This document shows positions 45,288-55,375 of a DNA stretch of 64,000 nucleotides, in pieces. Origin of the DNA: Candidatus Firestoneibacteriota bacterium (GTDB taxonomy: Bacteria > Oederibacteriota > D2-FULL-39-29 > JBBTED01); the NCBI GenBank assembly GCA_038042445.1, contig JBBTED010000072.1, forward strand, positions 1 to 64,000, read 5' to 3'. The position numbers and the translations under genes are program-made. Every line of letters starts with the position of its first letter. Position 1 is the stretch's first letter. The notes below the pieces were generated by a model. That model was not told the origin of the DNA, did not search any database, and saw only the letters and a program-made list of their open reading frames with translations.

Positions 45288-45326
45288 ACTTTTTCTAAAA
45301 GATTTGCTTGTCCATTGTTTTTTTTA

Positions 45327-45347
45327 GCCGATAAATCGGCAACTACA
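45327..45347. repeat. GTAG-type REP-like hairpin
   Basis: gccgataaatcggcaactaca, identical to 43575-43595. Confidence 0.8.
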
Positions 45348-45375
45348 ATAAATTTAATGATGTATACAGACGTTA

Positions 45376-46197
45376 TCACCTTACTATTTTTGTTTTTTCT
45401 GGAACTTGCAAATAATTTGATTTTGAAATAATAGGACGTTTTAAACGTTTTTCAAGTTGCTTTCTGGCGTTTCCTGCAATAGAACCACCGGCTTTGGCAT
45501 CACTTTTTAATTTTATGGTGCCTTGTGAGTTTTCATTCCTATGGATTTCTGTAGTGGCACGTTCGCCGAGCATATTAAAAATCAGCTCAAAATCATCCAT
45601 ATGGTCGCGAAGATTTTCTCGTTTCAGATTTTTAATTTTCTTGTATTGGCTTGGTGTAATTCCAAAAGTTGCTTTAGATATTTCCGCAGTTAATATTTCA
45701 TAATCCTTTTCTTCTCTGGCTCCGCGTTTCTTCCATTCATCCGTTAATTCTTCACGAATAGCAATACCTCGCATTCTTTTTTCTATCCAATCATTACTGT
45801 AACCTTTAAGTTTATAAAGCATTCTGGTTCTTTTTGTAGCAAGTTCTGGATTCTCTATTTCCTGTATTCTTTCATAACCAACTTTTGCTAACCAACGTTT
45901 AAACGGCTCTGCCTTTGGTGATGGAATTGATTGAATTATACGAAAAATACCTTCGGTATTTGCGCAATTAAGCTTTTGCATCCCTCCCGAGGTTTCTACA
46001 GAAAGGGGGGTGGCAATTTGCCCCCACCCTTTTGCAAGCTCGGGGTCCCGCCTTCTCATATCTTTTATATAGCCCTCAGGCTGAACAGAATCCGTAAGAA
46101 CTGATACAACATCCATAATTGCAAACCACCATTCGTTATTGTGTATTGTTCTTCTTACTTTTTTCCCTTTAAATAGTACGATTTTTGTATCCGTCAT
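45376..46197 (-). CDS. BRO-N domain protein (antirepressor-like)
   Basis: EWWF...DVV..LTDS, RIIQSIPSPKAEPFKRWLA, RE.LTDEW, NLRDHM. Confidence 0.9.
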   Translation of the reverse strand: MTDTKIVLFKGKKVRRTIHNNEWWFAIMDVVSVLTDSVQPEGYIKDMRRRDPELAKGWGQIATPLSVETSGGMQKLNCANTEGIFRIIQSIPSPKAEPFKRWLAKVGYERIQEIENPELATKRTRMLYKLKGYSNDWIEKRMRGIAIREELTDEWKKRGAREEKDYEILTAEISKATFGITPSQYKKIKNLKRENLRDHMDDFELIFNMLGERATTEIHRNENSQGTIKLKSDAKAGGSIAGNARKQLEKRLKRPIISKSNYLQVPEKTKIVR

Positions 46198-46208
46198 ATT
46201 ATTTCCCC

Positions 46209-49200
46209 CTAGTTTAAATACTCTGATAAAATTATTTCTTTTGGACCGGATGTTTGTGCGGAGTTTTCAGCATAATGGCTTTGTGTAAATTCTATTGGGA
46301 TATTTGACTGTAATATTGCTAATATCTTCAAAAAATTCTGCGTGTTTGCTTTATTTAATTCTTGCAATACTTTCTTTGTGGTTTGTTTTGGCAATCCACC
46401 TTCTTCTATCTGGGCAATAAGATTTCTAACATAATTTTCCTGAACATCTGTGAACTGACTCGCTTTTTGTATAACTTTCAAATATTTTAATACCTGCGTG
46501 GCACTATCTCTGCCACCTCTATGTGATGTTTTTGACATATCTTCTATTGTGGCATATTCAAATGCTTTCTTATTTTTTTCAAGCATTTCATAGTAATCTT
46601 CATTTAGCTTTTGTTGTTTCACATCAGGAGTTGCTTCAAATATTTTGGCAGAGGCAATAAAATCAAGTTCCTGTGATTCTTTTGTTTTCTCTGCTATAAA
46701 AAACTTCTGCAATTTGCCTTTTTTGAAAAATGTTAGGACTGCTTTTTTATTATTTTTTCTTGAAGTTCTTGCTTTCTTAGGCAATTTTTTTATCTTTTTA
46801 AATAATTCTGCATTACTATCTCTAACATCCTTTATAACTCTCCAGTATTTTAATTCACTTTCTCCAACATTATCTTCACCCTCCACTGTTTGCTTTGATA
46901 CCAATTTGTCAAACAAACCATGAGATTCTACTGGCTCGCCTTCAGTTAATAATTTTGCATCCGAACCAAGCATTGATATAAATGCATTTACTTTTGCTTT
47001 TGCAGCTTCTTCCAATTTTATCTGATCATTTGACTGTTTGGTCGGAAAAAAATTAAATGTATAAATTTCCTTATGCTTTGTATCTATTCTGTTTATACGA
47101 CCTACTCTTTGCATTAACCTTGTAGGATTCCATGGTATATCATAATTTATAACTACATTAGAACGATGCAGATTAACACCTTCAGAAAGAACTTCTGTAG
47201 AAACAAGAATTCTAAAATCATCTTTCTTTTTTCTTGCTTTTGCATCAAAATTATCAATAACTTCATCTTTAATAATTGCACTTGAAGAACCCGTAAAACA
47301 CAGGACTCCGCCAGAAACTTTTTTTTCTAAATTCTTACTTATGTATTCAGCAGTTTCCTTTGACTCTGTAAAAAGTATTATTTTGCTTTCTCTTAGTATT
47401 TTATTTGTTTCTAAGTCCTTTGTTAATTCAAGAAGTTTTGGGTCTCTTTTTATAGTACTCCATAAATTCTGTATCTCCTTCAAAATAATCAAATCCGATT
47501 TTAGATTTTCATAAAATGATTCTTCAAATTTATCAACTGGTATTTTTTGGGCTTTATCTTCATCTATAAGTTTCTGGATAGCTTCATCATCATCATTTTC
47601 TAAAAGCTCAAAAATCTTACTTGTGTATTTCTTGCTGATATACACAGAGCCCTTGTCATATTCTCTTTTCACCATTTCATAAGAATAGATAAATCTGTTT
47701 ATAGTGTTTTTAAAAGCAAAAAAACTGCTTTCAAGACGTTTTATTAAAAGTATTTTCATCAATTTTCCCATATTGACCTGCGAAATATGTTCTGGTTGTG
47801 ATATTTTCTCTTTTAGGGAAAGCAAAGGCATATACCTGACATAAGACATCTTTTTTACCACTAATTCAATAGTTTTGCTGAAGATTTTATCCTCATTTTC
47901 ATCTAATTGATAATATATTGGTTCGGGCTTTGCTACTTCAGGAAAAGATAGTCCCTGTTTTTCTATATCTTTTGGAAAGTATTCTTTTATTTCACTTCTT
48001 GTTCTTCTAACCATAAGATATTTTAAAACTTTTTCCCTTATTTCTTTGGAATTTTCTCGGACTGTTTTCATATACTCATCGTAATCTTTCTGCCTATCCA
48101 GATTTTCTAATTTTTTCTGCAGGGAAGCAAAAAATCTTTCAAGGTCAGGCAAACCCGGAATTGTGCTCTTTCTGGTATTCTGAAAAAGTTTAATCTGACT
48201 TAAAATATCTTTTGGAGAATTATTATATGGTGTTGCTGTTACTAAAATAATTCTTTTGCCACGGCAAATAACAGCAAGTTTTTCATAAGTAATATTTGAT
48301 TCCGTCCTGAATCTGTGTGCTTCATCTATAATAATATTGGTATATTTTGAAACCCCTTTTTTTATAATATCGTCTAATTTTCCTAATGACTCATAATCTG
48401 CAGCTTTGTTAAAATCTAAAAATACATTCTTCCACGAACCGGGATTATTACTTTCTAAAAGAATTGGCGGAGCTATTACAAGAGTTCTACCATCTAACTG
48501 ATGGGCAAGCATAGCTGCCATATAAGTCTTACCCAAACCAACAACATCAGAAAGAAAAACACCGCCATATTCCAATAGAATCTTTTTAGCATTTAATACT
48601 GCCTGCTCCTGATATTCATACTTTTTAAACTCTTCAGGTACATACTGATAAAACAATTCTTCGCTTTGGCTTAAATCATCCTTGAAATACTCATAAAGGA
48701 ATTTTAGATAAATTTCATAGGGAGTTATATTATTATTTAACCAAGTTCTTTCGTTTACGGTTTCAATATACTTGTCGGATATATCAATAGAATTTTTCCA
48801 CAGTTCTTCAAATTTTTCCAAAGCAAACTGGACATCTGCACTGTTTTTTAATTCTACATTAAACTCCAGATTTCCGCACAATCCTGAATAAGAAAAATTA
48901 CTTGAGCCGGTAATTACTTTTCCATAATCTTCACTCTTTGCCATATCTTTCCTGATTATATACACTTTGGCATGAATATCCTGGGATGGGTAAGCACGAA
49001 ATTCCAATTTACCTGTTTTAATAAATTCTATAAACTTTAGCACTCCTAATTCTACTTCTTTATTATTTTCAGATTCTGACATCTCCTGAATTGTATCATC
49101 TGAAAATTTATCTTTTACTTCTTTATGCGACAAATTAATAGTAAGTTGTTCGTTTTTTGCTTTATCAATAAGTTCTTTTGTTTCTGGGTTCACATTTATA

Positions 49201-49382
49201 CCCACTAATATTCTGATTTTTTCAACTTTTTCAAGTGATTTGTACAACTGATAGAATCCGCTGGTTCTAAAGTATCCGACAAGAACATCAAAGAATTTGG
49301 TGTTGTTTGCTAATGTTATTTTAAATCTGTCAAGAAGGGTTTTACCTTTTTCATTAGTAAAAAATGTTAAATCAGTATTCAT
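46209..49382 (-). CDS. SNF2-like helicase with N-terminal PLD nuclease domain
   Basis: IHAKVY...GSSNFS (PLD), DVVGLGKT, IIDEAH, TATP.NN, EGVNL, WNP.RL.QRVGRINR. Confidence 0.9.
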   Translation of the reverse strand: MNTDLTFFTNEKGKTLLDRFKITLANNTKFFDVLVGYFRTSGFYQLYKSLEKVEKIRILVGINVNPETKELIDKAKNEQLTINLSHKEVKDKFSDDTIQEMSESENNKEVELGVLKFIEFIKTGKLEFRAYPSQDIHAKVYIIRKDMAKSEDYGKVITGSSNFSYSGLCGNLEFNVELKNSADVQFALEKFEELWKNSIDISDKYIETVNERTWLNNNITPYEIYLKFLYEYFKDDLSQSEELFYQYVPEEFKKYEYQEQAVLNAKKILLEYGGVFLSDVVGLGKTYMAAMLAHQLDGRTLVIAPPILLESNNPGSWKNVFLDFNKAADYESLGKLDDIIKKGVSKYTNIIIDEAHRFRTESNITYEKLAVICRGKRIILVTATPYNNSPKDILSQIKLFQNTRKSTIPGLPDLERFFASLQKKLENLDRQKDYDEYMKTVRENSKEIREKVLKYLMVRRTRSEIKEYFPKDIEKQGLSFPEVAKPEPIYYQLDENEDKIFSKTIELVVKKMSYVRYMPLLSLKEKISQPEHISQVNMGKLMKILLIKRLESSFFAFKNTINRFIYSYEMVKREYDKGSVYISKKYTSKIFELLENDDDEAIQKLIDEDKAQKIPVDKFEESFYENLKSDLIILKEIQNLWSTIKRDPKLLELTKDLETNKILRESKIILFTESKETAEYISKNLEKKVSGGVLCFTGSSSAIIKDEVIDNFDAKARKKKDDFRILVSTEVLSEGVNLHRSNVVINYDIPWNPTRLMQRVGRINRIDTKHKEIYTFNFFPTKQSNDQIKLEEAAKAKVNAFISMLGSDAKLLTEGEPVESHGLFDKLVSKQTVEGEDNVGESELKYWRVIKDVRDSNAELFKKIKKLPKKARTSRKNNKKAVLTFFKKGKLQKFFIAEKTKESQELDFIASAKIFEATPDVKQQKLNEDYYEMLEKNKKAFEYATIEDMSKTSHRGGRDSATQVLKYLKVIQKASQFTDVQENYVRNLIAQIEEGGLPKQTTKKVLQELNKANTQNFLKILAILQSNIPIEFTQSHYAENSAQTSGPKEIILSEYLN

Positions 49383-49390
49383 ATTTTTAA

Positions 49391-49423
49391 AATCCCCCTT
49401 AATCCCCCTTTTTCAAAGGGGGA
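49391..49423. repeat. CCCCCTT..AAGGGGG palindromic repeat
   Basis: aatcccccttaatccccctttttcaaaggggga. Confidence 0.8.
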
Positions 49424-49476
49424 AATACTATTTTACCTACTGAAGCAATTTTAACACTTTGCGTATTATTAGTAAA

Positions 49477-50139
49477 TTAGTAAATAAATGGGATTAGTTT
49501 GTAGGTATGGGCTTTATAATCTGTATATTCCTGACCGAACTTTATTTCTAAGGCGGTTTCTTCTAATTTGATTCTGTATAATATAATTATTGTGCTAAAT
49601 ACTACTGCAGAAAGTAATGCCCAAAAACTTGAGAAGGTTAAGGCGGTGCCTATTAGCATTAAAATTATTGCAAGATATCCTGGATGACGAATGATTTTAT
49701 ATATACCTTTTTTTATTAACTGCTGTTCATTTTCTACTGTGAGGTCTTTCTGAAAAAATTTGCCGAGTGTTTTTATACTTATATACCGTAGAATTATGCA
49801 GGATATTATTAAAATTATACCTGTTGTATTTATTAGCCAGAACTTATGTGATATTTCCTGCATACGTGTGTAATCAAATATACTAATTGTAATTATTGCG
49901 ATTGTGACAATATTCAAAATTTTATCAATAAGTAAAACTTTTTTGTCGGTAGTTGGCAAAGAATTATCTGATTTGGTAATTGTTAGAAATAATCCTTCAG
50001 CAATAATCCATGCCAATATTATAATAGTAAAAGAAAATCCAAATATGTCTAACAAAAATTTTAATGGTTGTTTTGGGGTTAGAATCAATACAAGCATCAT
50101 AAACCCAAGATTTAAAACGATATTATTTCTTCTGGTCAA
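49477..50139 (-). CDS. Isoprenylcysteine carboxylmethyltransferase family membrane protein
   Basis: TLGKFF, LI..GIY..IRHPGY, RI..EE..L...FG.EY..Y...T.KLIPFIY. Confidence 0.88.
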   Translation of the reverse strand: MTRRNNIVLNLGFMMLVLILTPKQPLKFLLDIFGFSFTIIILAWIIAEGLFLTITKSDNSLPTTDKKVLLIDKILNIVTIAIITISIFDYTRMQEISHKFWLINTTGIILIISCIILRYISIKTLGKFFQKDLTVENEQQLIKKGIYKIIRHPGYLAIILMLIGTALTFSSFWALLSAVVFSTIIILYRIKLEETALEIKFGQEYTDYKAHTYKLIPFIY

Positions 50140-51850
50140 TTTCTTCTTTGATTATCTGAATAAATTTCTCAAGAGGCATCTGGCCTAAATCTTTGGATTT
50201 TCTTGCACGAAGTGAAATGACATTATTTTCTATTTCTTTTTTGCCGATTATTATCATATATGGAATTTTTTCAAGTTCTGCAGAACGTATTTTAGAACCC
50301 ATTTTTTCTGAATTTGTATCTATGTCTGCCCTTAAACCTACTTGCGATAATTTATTTTTTAACTCCTTTGCATAATCAATTTGGCTATCTGTAATAGGTA
50401 TAATTCTTGCTTGAATTGGAGAAAGCCATACAGGGAATGAACCAGCCCAATGCTCTATTAATATTCCAAAAAATCTCTCTAAAGAACCAAATATTGCTCT
50501 GTGAATCATAACAACTCTGTGCTCTTTGCCATCTTCACCTATATAATTAACATCAAATCTTTCCGGCAAATTAAAATCAACCTGAATTGTGCTGCACTGC
50601 CAAACTCTTCCAATAGAATCTTTTATTTTTATATCTATTTTTGGCCCATAAAATACACCTTCTCCAGGGTCAATAGTATATTTTAAATTACATTTTTCAA
50701 GGGCAAGCCTTAATGCATCTGTTGCTTTTTGCCAATTCTCATCAGTTCCAACAAATTTTTCAGGTTTTGTGCTTAAAAACACATCATAACTTTCAAATCC
50801 GAATGTTTTTAATACATACGACACCATATCTATAATTGCAACTAATTCATTTTCTAATTGCTCCTGCCTGCAAAATATATGCGCATCATCTTGTGTAAAT
50901 CCTCTTACTCTGAGCAAGCCATGTAAAACACCTGATTTTTCATATCTATAAACAGTCCCCAATTCTGCAAATCTTATTGATAATTCCCTGTAGCTTCTAA
51001 TTTTACTTTTATATATCAAAATATGTCCTGGGCAATTCATTGGCTTTACTATATATTCCTGTTCATCTATTTTTATAGGCGAATACATATTCTCTTTGTA
51101 AAATTCCAAATGCCCTGATGTTTTCCATAAATCAATCTTCGCAATATGTGGAATATTAACAAGATCATAACCTCTTTTAAAAAGCTCTTCTTTGCAGAAA
51201 TTCTCTATGATATTTCGCACAAATGCGCCTTTTGGATGCCAATAAATCAAACCAGCTCCTGCTTCATCATAATATATAGAATATAAGTCTAAATCCTTAC
51301 CCAGTCTTCTGTGGTCTCTTTTTTTAGCTTCTTCACACTTATCCAAGTATTCTTTCAATTCATTTTCAGTTTCAAATGCAGTGCCGTATATACGTTGAAG
51401 CATTGGATTTTTTTCACTGCCACGCCAGTATGCGCCTGCAACTGAAAGAAGTTTAAAAGCTTTGATTTCGCCTGTTGATTCTATATGAGGACCTCTGCAC
51501 AAATCAATAAAATCACCCTGAGTATATATTGTAATTTTGTCGTCCTGCAATTCGTTTAAAAGTTCAACTTTATATTTCTCGCCAAATGAATTAAATAATT
51601 TTAAAGCTTCATCTTTTTTTGTTTCTTTTTGCACAAATGGATAATTTTGTGCAATTATTTTTTTCATCTCCTCTTCAATCTTAAGTAAATCTTCATCAGT
51701 TAAAGTATTCTTGAGTTCAAAATCATAATAAAACCCATCTTCAATTGCCGGACCTATTCCAAGTTTTGCCTCAGGAAATAAATGTTTTACCGCCTGTGCC
51801 ATTATATGCGAAGCACTATGCCTATACATTTCAAGTTTATTATTATCCAT
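50123..51850 (-). CDS. thrS: Threonine--tRNA ligase (no N-terminal TGS domain)
   Basis: RHSASH, DLCRGPH, KRDHRRLG, KPMNCPGH, RVRGFTQDDAH, FYGPKID, HRA..GS.ERF. Confidence 0.99.
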   Translation of the reverse strand: MDNNKLEMYRHSASHIMAQAVKHLFPEAKLGIGPAIEDGFYYDFELKNTLTDEDLLKIEEEMKKIIAQNYPFVQKETKKDEALKLFNSFGEKYKVELLNELQDDKITIYTQGDFIDLCRGPHIESTGEIKAFKLLSVAGAYWRGSEKNPMLQRIYGTAFETENELKEYLDKCEEAKKRDHRRLGKDLDLYSIYYDEAGAGLIYWHPKGAFVRNIIENFCKEELFKRGYDLVNIPHIAKIDLWKTSGHLEFYKENMYSPIKIDEQEYIVKPMNCPGHILIYKSKIRSYRELSIRFAELGTVYRYEKSGVLHGLLRVRGFTQDDAHIFCRQEQLENELVAIIDMVSYVLKTFGFESYDVFLSTKPEKFVGTDENWQKATDALRLALEKCNLKYTIDPGEGVFYGPKIDIKIKDSIGRVWQCSTIQVDFNLPERFDVNYIGEDGKEHRVVMIHRAIFGSLERFFGILIEHWAGSFPVWLSPIQARIIPITDSQIDYAKELKNKLSQVGLRADIDTNSEKMGSKIRSAELEKIPYMIIIGKKEIENNVISLRARKSKDLGQMPLEKFIQIIKEEIDQKK

Positions 51851-51946
51851 ATTGTTTATGATAACATAAACAAGAGATTTTTGCCATATTTTTTATTGAC
51901 ATCATAAATATTATAGTATATTAATATATAATATGAGGTGATATAA

Positions 51947-52168
51947 ATGGGAAAGCATAATACTTCTGTAGTTTTAGATGAAGTTTTGTTAAAAAAACTA
52001 AAAGTCGTAAGCATTAAAACCGAAAGAACTAAATCATGGTTAATTTCTAAAGCTGTTGAAGGTTTTCTGGAAGAAATTGAAGATTATGAGATTGCATATG
52101 AAAGATTGCACAATGAAAATGATAAAACAATTTCCTCCAAAGAATTCAGGAAAAACATTGGAATATAA
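51947..52168 (+). CDS. Ribbon-helix-helix antitoxin (RelB-like)
   Basis: TSV.LD.....KL......RTKSWLI.KA, LEE.EDY..A..RL; GAGGTG SD; TTGACA at 51896. Confidence 0.85.
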   Translation: MGKHNTSVVLDEVLLKKLKVVSIKTERTKSWLISKAVEGFLEEIEDYEIAYERLHNENDKTISSKEFRKNIGI

Positions 52169-52424
52169 AATTGTATATAAAAATAGTGTAGGAAAAGATA
52201 TAAGAAGTATTCCGAAAGAAATTATTAGAAAATCCATAGATATTATTGAGAATAAAATAAGTAAAAATCCTTATATTGGCATGCAACTCAAAGGCAAGTA
52301 TAAAGAATTATGGAAATATAGAATTCAAAATTATAGAGTTATATATACGATTGATTCCTTTGATAAAAAAATATTGATACTAAGAATAAGACATAGAAAA
52401 GAAGTGTATAATAATATCTTTTAA
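52158..52424 (+). CDS. relE: RelE/ParE family toxin
   Basis: TTG start overlapping the antitoxin end; NP..G..LKG....LWKYRI.NYRVIY.I, RHRKEVY. Confidence 0.88.
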   Translation: MEYKIVYKNSVGKDIRSIPKEIIRKSIDIIENKISKNPYIGMQLKGKYKELWKYRIQNYRVIYTIDSFDKKILILRIRHRKEVYNNIF

Positions 52425-52441
52425 GATAAAATATCAGACAA

Positions 52442-54727
52442 ATGAAAATAATAATTTTAGTGATTTCTCTGGTTACTTTTATCCCTGCATTTGCACAGGA
52501 AACATTGCGTGGAAAAGAACTTTTGGAAATCAACAAATTTGATGCCGTAATAAAACAATTTGCAGAATCTGTTGAAAAAGGTGAAACTCAACAGGCAATG
52601 AATAATTTTTTACGGATTTTAAAACTTAAGCCAAATAAGGAAATTATACGGAAAATAAGTGAGATTTCCGGAATGAAAAAAATATATCCAATTGCATACA
52701 GCAAAGACTATGATTGGACCCCTGTATTTTCTCCTGATGGTAGTAAAATAATTTTCCAGGGATGGCAAAAAGATAAAATATCAACAGGAAATGCAATTTA
52801 TACAATGAATATAGATGGCAGCAATGAACATCAGATTGTAACTGATAAATATAATAATGCCTCACCTGTATTTTCTCCTGATGGCAAAAAAGTGCTTTTT
52901 GAAAGCTGGAGAAAAGATACTAATCAGGATAGCAAAATAAACTCGCAGGATAGAAGAAATATTTATGTAGTGAATATTGATGGTAAAAATGAAAAGGAAA
53001 TAGGTTCACCTGATTTTCAAAATTATGCACCCATATTTTCTCCTGATAGCAAAAAAGTACTCTTTGAAAGCTGGAGAAAAGATTCCAATCAGGACGGCAA
53101 AATAGATTCCTCAGACAACCGCGGCATATATATTGTTAATCTTGAAACAGAAAAGGAACAACAAGTTACAAATGAAGACTTTCCAAATTATTCAGCTTTA
53201 TTCTCACCAGATAGCGAAAAAATTGCATTTTTAAGTATACATACTGACAGTAATAAAGATGAAAAACTTACAACCAATGATAACAAGGGAATATATATTT
53301 TTTATTTAAAAAATTCTAAAGTTGCAGAGCTTATAGATAATAGAACAGATAATTCAATTTCTGCTTTTTCTCCTGATAGTAAAAATATTGCATTTTTTAG
53401 CAGGCAAAAAGACACAAATAAAGATGGAGAAATAAATTCTTCTGATAATAGAGGAATCTATCTTATAGATATAAATTCAAAAAAACTTCAAAAAATTGTA
53501 AATGACGATTATGACAATGAATTTTTGTCTTTTTCCCCTGCTGGAGAAAAAATTGCATATACAAGTTATAGAAGTGATACAAATGGTGATGGTAAAACTG
53601 ATACACTTGATAATCGCGGCATTTATGTAGTTACTACAAAAAATGAAGCTCAGAAAGATGAGATAAATGTTGTAGGCAACAAATACGACAATGAATTTCT
53701 TGCATTTTATCCTGATGGCAAAAAAGTTATTTTTGAAAGCTGGAGAAAAGATACAAATGGAGACGGAACCATAGATGTTTTGGACATATCAACTATTTTT
53801 ATTGTAGATATATTAGGTGCCCCAAGTGTAAAAATGGAAACTGCAATTCAATCTAACGGCTCCTGCACAAGAGTTATAGAAATAGTTATTGACCCACTTT
53901 TCAAAGACACCACTTTGGATCAGCAAAGTTTTCTTGCAGAAAAAAACTGGAAAACAGAATTTATAAAAGCAGGAGAACACCACTTTAAAGCAATGGGTAA
54001 ATTTGAAAATGTGAATGAAATTTCAAAACAAGATTATCCAGTAACTTTTATCAAAAAAAGGGGGTTTTTCAAAACAACCTGTGAATTTAAAGAAGTATTT
54101 ACAAATAACGGATTGCGCAAAGCATCTTCTGATAACCCATTTATAAATTTAAGCAAGGAAATGTCAAAAGTTATGACAAGACCTTTAATAATTCTTTATA
54201 AAGTTACAGTGCCCGGCAAACTAATTGAAACTAATGCACAGCAAATTAAAGGAAATAATTTTATCTGGACATTTTCTGTTTCTGATTTACTCAAGTCTAC
54301 AAAAGATTATGAACTATTTGTACGTTGGGAAGTTACAAATTGGGGACTAATAATTATAGTATCCTTATTATTGCTTTCAGGAATTGGAGGAATAAGCTAC
54401 AGATTCTCTGTGATTGCTGCTTCTACTAAACAAAAACAGGAATTACAGGCAAAAGAATATTCAGAAGCTCATAATTATCTTGGAGTAGCTTTCAAGCATA
54501 AAAATATGTTTGATGAAGCAATAAAAGAATTCACTCGGGCAATAGAATTTAAGCCAGACTCTGCAATTATACATTATAATCTTGCAGGCACTTATGCACT
54601 AAAAGAAGATACTAAAAATGCACTTATACATTTAAAAACTGCAATCAAATTAAATCCTGAATTAGAAGAATTAGCAAAAACAGAAATGGATTTGGAATAT
54701 TTAAGAAAATCCGGAATATCGCAATAG
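52442..54727 (+). CDS. TolB-like PD40 beta-propeller protein with DxNxDG loops, TM and TPR
   Basis: Signal peptide, seven FSPD-type repeats, late TM helix, TPR tail. Confidence 0.75.
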   Translation: MKIIILVISLVTFIPAFAQETLRGKELLEINKFDAVIKQFAESVEKGETQQAMNNFLRILKLKPNKEIIRKISEISGMKKIYPIAYSKDYDWTPVFSPDGSKIIFQGWQKDKISTGNAIYTMNIDGSNEHQIVTDKYNNASPVFSPDGKKVLFESWRKDTNQDSKINSQDRRNIYVVNIDGKNEKEIGSPDFQNYAPIFSPDSKKVLFESWRKDSNQDGKIDSSDNRGIYIVNLETEKEQQVTNEDFPNYSALFSPDSEKIAFLSIHTDSNKDEKLTTNDNKGIYIFYLKNSKVAELIDNRTDNSISAFSPDSKNIAFFSRQKDTNKDGEINSSDNRGIYLIDINSKKLQKIVNDDYDNEFLSFSPAGEKIAYTSYRSDTNGDGKTDTLDNRGIYVVTTKNEAQKDEINVVGNKYDNEFLAFYPDGKKVIFESWRKDTNGDGTIDVLDISTIFIVDILGAPSVKMETAIQSNGSCTRVIEIVIDPLFKDTTLDQQSFLAEKNWKTEFIKAGEHHFKAMGKFENVNEISKQDYPVTFIKKRGFFKTTCEFKEVFTNNGLRKASSDNPFINLSKEMSKVMTRPLIILYKVTVPGKLIETNAQQIKGNNFIWTFSVSDLLKSTKDYELFVRWEVTNWGLIIIVSLLLLSGIGGISYRFSVIAASTKQKQELQAKEYSEAHNYLGVAFKHKNMFDEAIKEFTRAIEFKPDSAIIHYNLAGTYALKEDTKNALIHLKTAIKLNPELEELAKTEMDLEYLRKSGISQ

Positions 54728-54738
54728 ATTAAATTATA

Positions 54739-54768
54739 TGTCACTCCTGAAATAAATTCAGCATGACA
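54739..54768. repeat. Palindromic repeat between convergent genes
   Basis: tgtcactcctgaaataaattcagcatgaca. Confidence 0.7.
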
Positions 54769-54775
54769 ATTGGTT

Positions 54776-55372
54776 TCATTTAATTGTTTTTTCTATTTTA
54801 TACCTATTCATTACAACCTGCAATTTTTCAAGACTGGATTGTAAATCTTTAATCAAACTAAGCACTCTGTCTTTTTTCATTTTATCAGCAGAAATTTCAC
54901 GAAATAATTCATCAGCTGTAGAAATTGTGGTATTAACAAGATTTATTTCTTCGCTTACCATATTGGAAAGATTTTTTTTGGCATTATTTAAAATTTTAAT
55001 CAGCTTAACAAGTTCATCTCCTTTTATTAATTCTGTTGTCAATGTAAAATCCCCTAACGCAAAAGCAGACAAACTTTTTTCAAGTTTATATTCAGGACCA
55101 GCTATTTTGTGTAATATCACCAAACTAACCAAAGCCACAAATACAAACATAACAGGTAATAATACTGTGAGAAAACTATTTACTTCAGAAAACAACATCG
55201 TTGAAGTAAGTGTATGCTCCCCAACATCCGGCAACTGATAACTTAAACCTGCTTTAACAGTATAATATATGCCTCCGCCTATAACTGCTGATACAAAAGC
55301 CACTATAAAAAGAACCATAAGCATATACTTTATTTGAAACCAATTCCCTAATACCTGCTTTATAATTTTCAT
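54776..55372 (-). CDS. Two-TM protein with HAMP-like domain and coiled coil
   Basis: FQIKY, two TMs, HKIAGP, GDFT....L.KGDEL. Confidence 0.7.
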   Translation of the reverse strand: MKIIKQVLGNWFQIKYMLMVLFIVAFVSAVIGGGIYYTVKAGLSYQLPDVGEHTLTSTMLFSEVNSFLTVLLPVMFVFVALVSLVILHKIAGPEYKLEKSLSAFALGDFTLTTELIKGDELVKLIKILNNAKKNLSNMVSEEINLVNTTISTADELFREISADKMKKDRVLSLIKDLQSSLEKLQVVMNRYKIEKTIK

Positions 55373-55375
55373 ATA

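Noticed and set aside
45295..45315. Tiny ORF MDKQIF* resembling an older RM start
   Set aside because: Too short to distinguish from chance
43575..45347. GCCGATAA as a sigma28 -10 box
   Set aside because: It is one arm of the gccgataaatcggc hairpin and is not near motility genes
52700..53800. Nucleotide repeats suggesting a CRISPR array or DGR
   Set aside because: They are in-frame propeller repeats; no spacers, cas genes or reverse transcriptase in the window
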